This document shows, piece after piece, positions 9,222 to 17,577 of a DNA stretch of 64,000 nucleotides. The notes beneath the pieces were generated by a model that saw only the letters and a program-made list of their open reading frames with translations, ran no database searches and was not told where the DNA came from. Each line of letters starts with the position of its first letter. The stretch's first letter is position 1. Position numbers and translations under genes: made by a program. The DNA lies in the NCBI GenBank assembly GCA_963826535.1, contig CAWGXL010000010.1, forward strand, positions 426,814-490,813, in the 5' to 3' direction. The DNA comes from an uncultured bacterium (GTDB lineage Bacteria; Patescibacteriota; Microgenomatia; Levybacterales; UBA12049).

Positions 9222-9845
9222 ATGATATTCGCAATCATGCCTATTTTGGCATCAGCGATTTTAATATCATCCCCAGCTCCCTCAAATTCTCTTCAAACTT
9301 CCGTTCTTGCTTCTTCTTCCTTTCTATACACGCCGGCAGAACCCGGAAATAAGGTCGTGGCTAAAATGGTTAATGAAAGCTCTATGTTAACTTTAAAAAC
9401 TCCTAAACCGGAAAAATCTGAAAAAATTGAAAATCAGCCTAAAAAACAATACATCCCCCCGGTTCAAACCGGGATAGTTATAAATAGCCCCCCACAATCA
9501 TCCTATGATGAAGTATACAAGGCCGCAGGGGCATTATATGGCGTTCCATGGCAAGTTCTATATGGTCTGCATATGACGGAAACAGGAGGCCGTAATGGTC
9601 CAATTAGCAGCGGGTACGGTACAGGCGCACAGGGACCGATGCAATTCATGCCTGGCACTTGGAGAGCTTATGGAGTTGATGGTGATGGAGATGGCCAATC
9701 TGATATAAATAACGCAGTTGATGCTATTCATGGCGCAGCTAATTATCTAGCAAAGCATGGCACATTAGAAGCAGGATTGCGTGCTTATGGTGGAAATTAC
9801 GCAGGAACTTTATCTCTTGCTCAGGCAAAAGGATTCACCCTCTAA
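9222..9845 (+). CDS. Lytic transglycosylase (SLT domain) with N-terminal membrane/linker region
   Basis: C-terminal GVPWQVLYGLHMTETGG ... GAQGPMQFMPGTWRAYG ... AVDAIHGAANYL matches the SLT/GEWL fold, including the catalytic Glu context (ETGG). Start may be internal. Confidence 0.65.
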   Translation: MIFAIMPILASAILISSPAPSNSLQTSVLASSSFLYTPAEPGNKVVAKMVNESSMLTLKTPKPEKSEKIENQPKKQYIPPVQTGIVINSPPQSSYDEVYKAAGALYGVPWQVLYGLHMTETGGRNGPISSGYGTGAQGPMQFMPGTWRAYGVDGDGDGQSDINNAVDAIHGAANYLAKHGTLEAGLRAYGGNYAGTLSLAQAKGFTL

Positions 9846-9848
9846 TTC

Positions 9849-10577
9849 TTATACCTTTGGCGTTTTACCATAAACCGTTACCAAAGTTCCCGGATTCTCG
9901 GCAGTCGGATAGCTAACATTTCCCGCATTAGGATTCGCCCAGTAAAAAACTTTTTCCGCATCGGCTATACGCATATTTACGCACCCGTGACTCATGGGTT
10001 GACCAAAATTGTCATGCCAATACGCTCCATGAATAGAAAACCCCCTGGATTTAGCTATTTTGCTGTTATGGTAGAACATAGTATAAGGAACATTTGGTAA
10101 ATTATAATAGCCTGCACCTGAACCCCCGGACATACGAGTATATCGAAGCCATACCCAAATCCTAAAATCTCCAGTTGGGGTTGGATACCATTTACCTGTT
10201 GAAACCGGCATATCCATTACTTTATTATTACCTTCAAATGCATATAGGCGTTGATTAGTAAGGTCTACATATATATGTTTATAGTCGCCCGCCTGATCTG
10301 CTAGTACATCGACCTGCTTACTCAGCGCCAACTTTGACTTGTCAGGTAAAGTAGGGGATTTAACTGTTTTTCCCATAAAGACGCCTTGTTCTTCTGATTC
10401 TTTAGCTCCGGAAAGATCACTTATACAGCTAATTGAGTTAGCGCAGGGGGCTTGCTGTTTAGTAGACAAGAATACCATTCCCGTAACAAGTAATAATACA
10501 GTCACAATTCCAAGACTAAGAACTAAAGATGAATCGAGCTTCTTTGATCTAGTTGTATGCGCTTTTTTCCTCATCAT
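9849..10577 (-). CDS. L,D-transpeptidase (YkuD domain)
   Basis: Signal/TM N-terminus. Catalytic motif HGAYWHDNFGQPMSHGCVNM (His ... SHGC[IV]R/N-M). Confidence 0.8.
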   Translation of the reverse strand: MMRKKAHTTRSKKLDSSLVLSLGIVTVLLLVTGMVFLSTKQQAPCANSISCISDLSGAKESEEQGVFMGKTVKSPTLPDKSKLALSKQVDVLADQAGDYKHIYVDLTNQRLYAFEGNNKVMDMPVSTGKWYPTPTGDFRIWVWLRYTRMSGGSGAGYYNLPNVPYTMFYHNSKIAKSRGFSIHGAYWHDNFGQPMSHGCVNMRIADAEKVFYWANPNAGNVSYPTAENPGTLVTVYGKTPKV

Positions 10578-10617
10578 TTATAGATTAGACGAACTTTAAT
10601 TAAAAGTAAAGTAAGAG

Positions 10618-10646
10618 TTGCAAAAAGTCTTATAGTATTGTATAAT
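10618..10646 (+). promoter_or_regulatory. Near-consensus sigma70 promoter
   Basis: TTGCAA (10618-10623), 17-nt spacer, TATAAT (10641-10646). Lies 23 nt before the ATG at 10670. Confidence 0.5.
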
Positions 10647-10669
10647 CAACCTCTGTAACGTAATTATAT

Positions 10670-11326
10670 ATGTATATAAGAAAATTAATTAGATCTATTG
10701 TAATATTTGTTATTATTTCTGTTTGTATTTTTCAAATTCCAACCATGCAGTTTTTTTCTGCGGAAAAGCCTCTGCTTGCAGAACATACAATATCACTAAA
10801 TAGCCGCTATGGTAATATTAGTGTTAATAATGTTTTTAAAAATAATATTCTTTTAACTCTAGCCTATATGTCTGGGACGGTGAACAACAAATCTGATATT
10901 AACTGGCAGGAAATTGATAAGCCATTCCATTATAATTATGTGCTTCAACCCGGTGAAGTTTTCGCATTTCATGATGATATTCTCCCTTCTTATAAGGATA
11001 AACGCGTTAGTACTACGAATGCAAATTTTGGTGCAAACGAAGGTTTCTTATCAGATGGTCTTTTGTACGGAGACGGAGTTTGTCATTTAGCGTCTCTAAT
11101 CAGTTGGGCTGCAAAAGACGCGGGATTATCAGTTTTAGCACCAATCAAACATGATTTCGCAAACATTCCTGAAATACCTAGAGAGCATGGAGTATCAATA
11201 TATTCTGCACCGGGTCAAACAGGAATTAATCAGGGGCAAAATTTATATATAGAAAACACACTTGGAACTCCCGTTATATTCTCGTTCGACTACAATAATG
11301 GTTTTTTAAACCTTGCTATTTATTGA
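10670..11326 (+). CDS. VanW-like protein (putative)
   Basis: N-terminal TM, then GDGVCHLASLISWAAKDAG resembling the VanW GGVCQ[VL]S[ST]TL motif. Confidence 0.4.
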   Translation: MYIRKLIRSIVIFVIISVCIFQIPTMQFFSAEKPLLAEHTISLNSRYGNISVNNVFKNNILLTLAYMSGTVNNKSDINWQEIDKPFHYNYVLQPGEVFAFHDDILPSYKDKRVSTTNANFGANEGFLSDGLLYGDGVCHLASLISWAAKDAGLSVLAPIKHDFANIPEIPREHGVSIYSAPGQTGINQGQNLYIENTLGTPVIFSFDYNNGFLNLAIY

Positions 11327-12124
11327 TGAAAAAACAAACTTTTCAATCACATGCGCAACCCCATCGTCATTTACGCTTGGAGCAATATAATCTGCAATCT
11401 TCTTAAGCCCTGGTACTGCATTGCCCACCGCAACACGCAATCCACATGCTTTGAAAAGCGGAAAATCATTATATCCATCTCCCACACCAATAATATCAGC
11501 CTTTGTTACTTTAATTAGCTCCGCGTATTTTAACGCGGCATATTTTTTAGTGGCTTGAGAATGAGTAATATGCAAAGCAACACACCCCTGATGATAAGCG
11601 ACCACCTTAGTTAATGCCAAACTATGGTAATGCGATAAATTACGAATTATCATATCCGCTCTTTTTTCCTGTATTCGGGGAATAAAAAAACTAATAGGTT
11701 TTCTTAAATTTAGGTTTTGTGTATAGATTTGTTCGCGGTTGTTATCAACTATCCATACTTTACTGGTAAGTTGATTAACAATACTGGTTATATTTTTTAA
11801 GTCTTTTTGAAGAATTTGTCTTTCCCAAAGAATTTTCCGGGAAACAGGATTTACAATTTGTGCTCCGCCATTTATAATGCAGGGTCCTTTTAGGCCTAGT
11901 TCCTTAAACAAAAACGTCACTCTGTCTAACGCCCTACCGCTCGCTATTCCAATTTTTACATTCTTTTTAGCATTTATAATTGAATCATATACTCTTTTGC
12001 TGATTCTTCCGTTATATTTATTTGTAACTAGTGTTCCATCTATATCACATAGCATTGCTTTATACTTGTGTTTATATTTTTTCCCCATTAATTCTATTTT
12101 AGACATATCTAGTTGGAATTGCAA
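11306..12124 (-). CDS. HAD-IIB (Cof-type) hydrolase / sugar phosphatase
   Basis: Motif I CDIDGTL, motif III/IV GVGDGYNDFPLFKACGLRVAVGNA. Confidence 0.8.
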   Translation of the reverse strand: MQFQLDMSKIELMGKKYKHKYKAMLCDIDGTLVTNKYNGRISKRVYDSIINAKKNVKIGIASGRALDRVTFLFKELGLKGPCIINGGAQIVNPVSRKILWERQILQKDLKNITSIVNQLTSKVWIVDNNREQIYTQNLNLRKPISFFIPRIQEKRADMIIRNLSHYHSLALTKVVAYHQGCVALHITHSQATKKYAALKYAELIKVTKADIIGVGDGYNDFPLFKACGLRVAVGNAVPGLKKIADYIAPSVNDDGVAHVIEKFVFSSINSKV

Positions 12125-12212
12125 GTCAGCAGCAAAAATACTACTTTCTTATCCTTATTCTAGTTTAGATTGTCTTAGTGAAGAAAAGCAAGGGGTAGAA
12201 ATTACTATATTT

Positions 12213-12476
12213 TTATTTGCTTTTTACTCTCTCCGCAGTAATGGTACACTCGGTTACCAAAGCCGCTATTGCCCCAACTGCCGCAAGCATTGGTGCTATA
12301 ACAGCCCCTATGACACCAATTGTCAACGGTAATTCTACAAGCACTTTATCTTCTTTGTCTTTAATTATAATACGCCTAACATTTCCTTCCTTTATAAGGT
12401 CTTTTACCTTTCCGAGTAAATGTTTTCCATTCACTTTAAAACTTTCTTCACTTTTTTTCTTTTTATTTTCTGGCAT
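12213..12476 (-). CDS. DUF4342-like small protein
   Basis: 87 aa. The KVNGKHLLGKVKDLIKEGNVRRIIIKDKEDKVLVELPL pattern followed by a hydrophobic tail matches the DUF4342 family as recalled. Confidence 0.45.
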   Translation of the reverse strand: MPENKKKKSEESFKVNGKHLLGKVKDLIKEGNVRRIIIKDKEDKVLVELPLTIGVIGAVIAPMLAAVGAIAALVTECTITAERVKSK

Positions 12477-12637
12477 ATTCCTCCTTTCTTTGACTTTTAT
12501 ATTATTTATAGTATACCATGTTCACGCAACTTATCTTGAGGTAAGAAGTGGTTTTTGCTATACTGCAATTTAAGCGGGCAACGTTCATGTTGCTCGGAAG
12601 TGAATTAACAGTTTGAATTATAATCAAACTGAACGTT

Positions 12638-12711
12638 GCGGGCGTAGTTCACCGGTAGAACGCCTCCTTGCCAAGGAGGAGGTAGTGGGTTCGATCCCCA
12701 TCGCCCGCTCC
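12638..12711 (+). tRNA. tRNA-Gly (anticodon GCC)
   Basis: GCGGGCG/TA/GTTC-ACCGGTA-GAAC/G/CCTCC-TTGCCAA-GGAGG/AGGTA/GTGGG-TTCGATC-CCCAT/CGCCCGC+T. Confidence 0.85.
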
Positions 12712-12774
12712 CAAGTCAAACTCGGTTAGAGTTTGAGGAGGACCAAGTCAGACTTGGCTTTCATCATTTTATAT

Positions 12775-13572
12775 TTACGCAACCCCAATCTTCCAAAGAA
12801 TATCAAAGTAAGACTTCATAGCCTTCTTAATATTACTATCCTCAAAAACAATATGTATACTTGGTACTGCGCTGAAAATGCTAATAACAATATGATTTTG
12901 CCAAACTTGTATCTGCAGTGGAGAAGAATCCGCCGTTTCGATATATTTATATTTTCTCTTTAGCTCTTGTGGCTGATTTGCAAAAAATACTCTATTATTA
13001 TACTCAACCTGACCTCGAAATGCGGTGAAACACGTTAGCAACAATCTAATTTTTTTTTCAAGCCGTACTTTCTCAAATAGTGAAAGTTTACCTGATTCTA
13101 CCATAGCCTCGCGCCATGCTTGAGGATGAACACTTATTACAAATATGTCTTGTCCTGCAGGCTGCATTTTTATAAGCCTTATCTGCAATAGACCATAAGC
13201 GTGATTACCCATAAAGACGTTTACTTTTGGTTGCTGAGATTCTGCAGCGACCTCAAGAAGCGGCTTGAGGAGAAAATCAAATTTTTCTCTTTTTGCTTCT
13301 AATATCTCTTGGAGTTTGGATATTGGTACTGCCTGAATTTTTTTATTTCGGCCTAAACGACTCAAGTGAACAGTCCCTTTTCGCTCCATTTTCTTAATTT
13401 CCCGCTGAATTGTCTCTCGGTGAATACCTGTTTCCTTGCGTAGTCTTTCCACGCCAGTTACCCCTATTCGTAAAAGCGCAAGATAAATAGCTGCTTGGCC
13501 TCTATTATCAAACAATTCACCGGTTTGATTGAGACTGTCTATCAACTCATCCATGAAAATATTATAACACAT
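12775..13572 (-). CDS. TrmB-family winged-helix transcriptional regulator (paralog 1)
   Basis: N-terminal HTH: AAIYLALLRIGVTGVERLRKETGIHRETIQREIKKMERKG. C-terminal domain ends ...YFDILWKIG, like the other two paralogs. Likely true start is MDELIDS at 13554. Confidence 0.6.
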   Translation of the reverse strand: MCYNIFMDELIDSLNQTGELFDNRGQAAIYLALLRIGVTGVERLRKETGIHRETIQREIKKMERKGTVHLSRLGRNKKIQAVPISKLQEILEAKREKFDFLLKPLLEVAAESQQPKVNVFMGNHAYGLLQIRLIKMQPAGQDIFVISVHPQAWREAMVESGKLSLFEKVRLEKKIRLLLTCFTAFRGQVEYNNRVFFANQPQELKRKYKYIETADSSPLQIQVWQNHIVISIFSAVPSIHIVFEDSNIKKAMKSYFDILWKIGVA

Positions 13573-13600
13573 TTGTGTGTCATAAACAGTATTTATCTTT

Positions 13601-14542
13601 ATGAATGAAGAGCTTATACTAAATGCCTCTATGACCTTTCTTGAAAAATTCGAAATTCTGAAAAAATCAATCCCAGTCCCGGCTGTTACAATTGGTCCAT
13701 ATACTGTTGATTGTGAATACGTCGAATATCTTTATAGGAGCAAAAATTGCTATTTCATACTTGATGGATTCTATCTAGAAGATTGTTTATATATAAGATA
13801 CGGAGCATTTTCTAAAATACTGGTCGACTGCGGTTCTGTGTTCGAATCGGAGAAATGTTATGAAAGTATTGATTCCAATAAGTGTTATAGTTGTACATAT
13901 GTTATGGACTGCTACGGAAGTACAGATTGCCACTTTTCAGCATTATTAAACGCTTGCACTAACTGTTTCGGCTGCGTCGGACTTAGTCATAAAAAATTTT
14001 GTATACTTAACAAACAATATACCAAAGAAGAATATTTAAAAGAGGTTGAGAGACTAAAAAAAGAGAATCCTGAAAAGCTACTCGCCCAAATGTTAGATTT
14101 AAAGCAGCAAATACCTCATCCCGCAAACCGGCAATCCAATACCCAAAATTCTCCATACGGTAACTATATATATGATTCAAAAAACTGTTATTGGTGTTTT
14201 AATACATTACATAGTGAGAATTCCGGTTACACTTATTATCACTCTAGAGCAGTAAACTGTTGGGACATGTATCGCGGAGGCGGAAATCCTGAAACCAACG
14301 CCCAGACTGAGCGGTGCTATGAGAATACTGATTCAACCTGCAATTACGAATGTGCATTTGTAGCATTTAGTGATAATTGCTCAAATTGTTATTATAGCTA
14401 TAGACTTGTAAACTGCACAGACTGCTTCGGGTGTGTCGGGTTAAACAATAAAAAGTATTGCATTTTGAACAATCAACTGACAAAGGAGCAATACGAAAAA
14501 ACCGTGCTAGAATTCAAAAAAGAATTGGGCTGGATGGTTTAG
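13601..14542 (+). CDS. Cysteine-rich tandem-repeat protein (novel; 25 Cys in 313 aa)
   Basis: Two ~135 aa internal repeats, each ending C[TV][ND]CFGCVGL[SN][HN]KK[FY]CILN[KN]Q[YL]TKE[EQ]Y. A [DN]C[YFHW] ladder recurs every 9-11 residues. No signal peptide. Confidence 0.6.
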   Translation: MNEELILNASMTFLEKFEILKKSIPVPAVTIGPYTVDCEYVEYLYRSKNCYFILDGFYLEDCLYIRYGAFSKILVDCGSVFESEKCYESIDSNKCYSCTYVMDCYGSTDCHFSALLNACTNCFGCVGLSHKKFCILNKQYTKEEYLKEVERLKKENPEKLLAQMLDLKQQIPHPANRQSNTQNSPYGNYIYDSKNCYWCFNTLHSENSGYTYYHSRAVNCWDMYRGGGNPETNAQTERCYENTDSTCNYECAFVAFSDNCSNCYYSYRLVNCTDCFGCVGLNNKKYCILNNQLTKEQYEKTVLEFKKELGWMV

Positions 14543-14547
14543 CAGTA

Positions 14548-15288
14548 TTATATCGGAACCGCCTTTTGCCAATATTTATCAAAAATCCGCTGGAAATGTT
14601 GATTAATCCCTCTATGTACGAAGCGCACTCCGAACTGTTTTGACCTGTCTTTCGGATCATACATCATCACATAAGAAATATTCTCATCATATAAGACTAA
14701 ATGCCAGTCAAAAGATTTGGCAAATCGAATAACAGCACCAATATGCTTATAACTCAAAAGCGCATTATGATTTTCTTTAGTATGTTCCAGAGCTATAATC
14801 TTTAGATCCACACCTCGTTTTACTGCTTGCAAATTTGCATATAGGTACTCATTCGGAACTCCGATAGATAATACTGAATAAATATATTTAATATTTTGTT
14901 TTGTTTTACCTAGATCCGGTATATTTTGCCTAATCAAGTCGTCTCTTCCTTGTACAAACGAAATATTAAATATTTTGTCATCTTGGAGCTCATTTGTAAC
15001 AGCCCGAAACTCCAGATCAGAAAACAGATTGTGGAACCAACTCCTGGCTTGCATAGCATAATTTTCACCGGCCTCACTAATTTGCTTTGCCCGATAGGTA
15101 ACAGGATAGGTATCCTGCTGATCAATTAAGCTAAGTCTAAGTAAATGTTCAACCAATGGATATACTTGCTGTGATTTAATATCAAGCTCCTCTCCAATCG
15201 ATTTTGCGTTTAGTTCACGCTTTTCAAGTAACAATTTATACACAGCATGTGCCTGCTTTGATAATCCCATAGCAAACTGATTTTTCAT
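14548..15288 (-). CDS. TrmB-family transcriptional regulator (paralog 2)
   Basis: HTH: AHAVYKLLLEKRELNAKSIGEELDIKSQQVYPLVEHLLRLSLI. C-terminus ends ...IFDKYWQKA. Confidence 0.6.
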   Translation of the reverse strand: MKNQFAMGLSKQAHAVYKLLLEKRELNAKSIGEELDIKSQQVYPLVEHLLRLSLIDQQDTYPVTYRAKQISEAGENYAMQARSWFHNLFSDLEFRAVTNELQDDKIFNISFVQGRDDLIRQNIPDLGKTKQNIKYIYSVLSIGVPNEYLYANLQAVKRGVDLKIIALEHTKENHNALLSYKHIGAVIRFAKSFDWHLVLYDENISYVMMYDPKDRSKQFGVRFVHRGINQHFQRIFDKYWQKAVPI

Positions 15289-15430
15289 AACCTAATGTAT
15301 TTTAATAAAATTTTCTTAAAATATCAACTTGAGTTAAAATTAAATGAAATATATGCACCTAATAATAAGTTATGAAAAAATTTCTATTTGCAATAAACAC
15401 TAATTAAAGTTCTTCTCAGATGAGTTTTAT

Positions 15431-15826
15431 ATGCCATTAAACAAACCAAAAAATATCAAAAATGCTTCAATGGATGTTCGCGTCACCAAAGACGCGATCG
15501 GGGCAGAACTTATCGATCCCAAGGAAACCAAGGGAAGATTGAGTTGTTCAAAGATCCGTATCCAACCAAACAAAGGTTTTAAAAGACACATCCACCCCTC
15601 GGATCATTTACTTATCATTCTCGTTGGCTCTGGATTTCTGACCTACTGGGAAAAAGGCACAAAATTTCGCATGGATTTTAGGTCCGGAGATATATTTTCC
15701 GTGCCCCGGGAACTTCACCATGCTGTGACTGCTGGGTTAAGTGGGGTTACTCTGCTTGCCATCGGCACCCCAGGCACGAACGCTTCACGACCCAGAAAGA
15801 ATGACATTTGTCTAACAAATACGTAA
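15431..15826 (+). CDS. Cupin domain protein
   Basis: HIHPSDHLLIILVGSGFLTYWEKG ... GDIFSVPRELHHA. The two-His cupin motifs G(X)5HXH and PXG(X)2H are present. Confidence 0.55.
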   Translation: MPLNKPKNIKNASMDVRVTKDAIGAELIDPKETKGRLSCSKIRIQPNKGFKRHIHPSDHLLIILVGSGFLTYWEKGTKFRMDFRSGDIFSVPRELHHAVTAGLSGVTLLAIGTPGTNASRPRKNDICLTNT

Positions 15827-16563
15827 ATCTTATGGAAATGGAAAATCAAACATCTTTACTGAAAAGTTTAGAATTTGACACAAACCCAAACATTTATCCT
15901 CCCAAACCTGCAAGTTTTCTTTTGGCTGAAACCGCGTTAAAAGTAGTTAAACCAGGAAACTATGTGCTAGATGCCTGCACCGGCAGCGGAGTGGTCGGGT
16001 TATCAATCATTAAATTTGTTCCGGAGGTTAAAGTATTCACATCAGACATCAACCCAGATGCTATTACTACTACAAAACGCAATGCATATAAAAACAGAGT
16101 TAAAGTCACAGTTCTTGTTGCTGATCTTTACAACCCATTTAAAGACGGTATGTTTGATGTTATCACCGTTCACCCGCCTGCAATTCCTTATCCGCCACAT
16201 AAAAACTGGGGCATGACACCTGGAATGCGTATAGCCACAAATGGGGGACACGACGGATCGCATTTGGTATCTCGCTCAATCATTGAAGCAAAGCGTTGTT
16301 TGAAAAAGAAGGGAATACTACTCCTGCTTCTTCCGCATTGGTCAAATGTTAAGAATGCAATGTCTTTGCTTCACGATAACTACGCCGAAGTCGTTGAGCT
16401 TGATAGTCGAAGAGTAAATTTTTTTCCAATCACAGAGGGTTCACCTGACAAGGATGTCGTGAGATATACTCGTAACCTGGCAGAACAAGGAGTTATCGAA
16501 CTTGACTTTATAGAAGGTAAACCAGTCTCAAAGGTTTCCGTTATTCAAGCGATAAAAAGATGA
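15808..16563 (+). CDS. SAM-dependent methyltransferase, HemK/RsmC-like with variant NPP[YF]-type motif (HPPAIPY)
   Basis: Motif I VLDACTGSGVVGL, acidic VADLYNPF, motif IV-like DVITVHPPAIPYP. Confidence 0.55.
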   Translation: MSNKYVNLMEMENQTSLLKSLEFDTNPNIYPPKPASFLLAETALKVVKPGNYVLDACTGSGVVGLSIIKFVPEVKVFTSDINPDAITTTKRNAYKNRVKVTVLVADLYNPFKDGMFDVITVHPPAIPYPPHKNWGMTPGMRIATNGGHDGSHLVSRSIIEAKRCLKKKGILLLLLPHWSNVKNAMSLLHDNYAEVVELDSRRVNFFPITEGSPDKDVVRYTRNLAEQGVIELDFIEGKPVSKVSVIQAIKR

Positions 16564-16640
16564 TAATTGCAAAAATTAAGCAACCAATTTCCACACCAGT
16601 AAATCCTCAATCAAACCCAACCCTAATTTCTAGACCTGAA

Positions 16641-16681
16641 ACAAAAAATCTTGCATTCTCTTCGGAAAGAAGTAAAACAGT
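16641..16681 (+). repeat. 41-nt direct repeat copy A (ACAAAAAATCTTGCATTCTCTTCGGAAAGAAGTAAAACAGT)
   Basis: About 88% identical to copy B at 17537-17577. Together they flank ORF 16785-17486. Confidence 0.6.
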
Positions 16682-16784
16682 CTTAATCTGATGAATATAT
16701 CAAGTTTTATGCTTAAGCATCACTTAAGCCTTGACCATACTAATATAGTAATGTATAATATCCTATAATTATTATTGAGCTTAA

Positions 16785-17486
16785 TTGTATATGCCTGTTG
16801 AAAGACAAATATTAACCTTAGACCAAGTAACTAAAGCAGAAAATAGAATTGGCATTAGCCATCCTATTCTTACACAAATCGACAACTATCTTCCCGAAAT
16901 TACTCGCTTCCAGCAAGGTTATCCTCCAACCGATAGTAAACTACAACAAAGATATATTTCAGAGAATTTTGGATTCTTTGCTGATGTTATTACAGAAGTA
17001 GGACCATTTACTCTTAAACCACATGAACTTATCTCAATTTGGTCCCGTACCAAAGAAGTATTTTCAACATATCAAAGATATGCATTAGCAGGCATTGTGT
17101 CTAGCGCATATGCTGTTCAAGAAGCTGAAAATCAGGAATGGAAAAAGTTCCCCCGCTATTATCTTGAAACGGGTGAAATACCAGATGTTGTAAAAAAAGA
17201 CAAAAGTGGTTTATTGCATGTTCAAAATAGATTAAAACTAATAGATGAAAGCTTAAATGATTTAAGCTCCTATGTCCATGGTACTAGAGAACCAATAATA
17301 ACCTATACCCTTAATTTAGCCAGAAGAGAACGCGAAGGTGATTTAGAAGCTAAACGAGAACTAGAAGTTTTGTTAGCACGCCAACAAAATTATCAAAATC
17401 CAACCATAACAGAGATCCACGAAAATTTTGGGAATGGTTTTACGCCGTTATTTTTTCCAATTGGTAAAGCTTTAAGTGCTTTATAA
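16785..17486 (+). CDS. Hypothetical protein
   Basis: 233 aa ORF with no recognisable motif. Flanked by the 41-nt direct repeats. Confidence 0.4.
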   Translation: MYMPVERQILTLDQVTKAENRIGISHPILTQIDNYLPEITRFQQGYPPTDSKLQQRYISENFGFFADVITEVGPFTLKPHELISIWSRTKEVFSTYQRYALAGIVSSAYAVQEAENQEWKKFPRYYLETGEIPDVVKKDKSGLLHVQNRLKLIDESLNDLSSYVHGTREPIITYTLNLARREREGDLEAKRELEVLLARQQNYQNPTITEIHENFGNGFTPLFFPIGKALSAL

Positions 17487-17536
17487 AACCAGTTTCAAAC
17501 TAAATTCCGCAACCAACAACATTTTCTAAAATTGCA

Positions 17537-17577
17537 ACAAAAAATCTGGCATTCTCTCCGGGAGGAAGTAAAATAGT
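17537..17577 (+). repeat. 41-nt direct repeat copy B (ACAAAAAATCTGGCATTCTCTCCGGGAGGAAGTAAAATAGT)
   Basis: Matches 16641-16681 at 36/41 positions. Abuts the stop of minus-strand gene 17577-18827. Confidence 0.6.

Noticed and set aside
12217-12573. 118 aa plus-strand ORF
   Set aside because: It is antisense to the DUF4342-like gene and runs into the palindromic pre-tRNA region. It has no start context.
16690-16784. Compensatory-mutation-supported hairpin inside the 41-nt direct repeats
   Set aside because: Only a 2-bp helix (U-A vs C-G plus a U-G) could be drawn. That is too weak to claim covariation.
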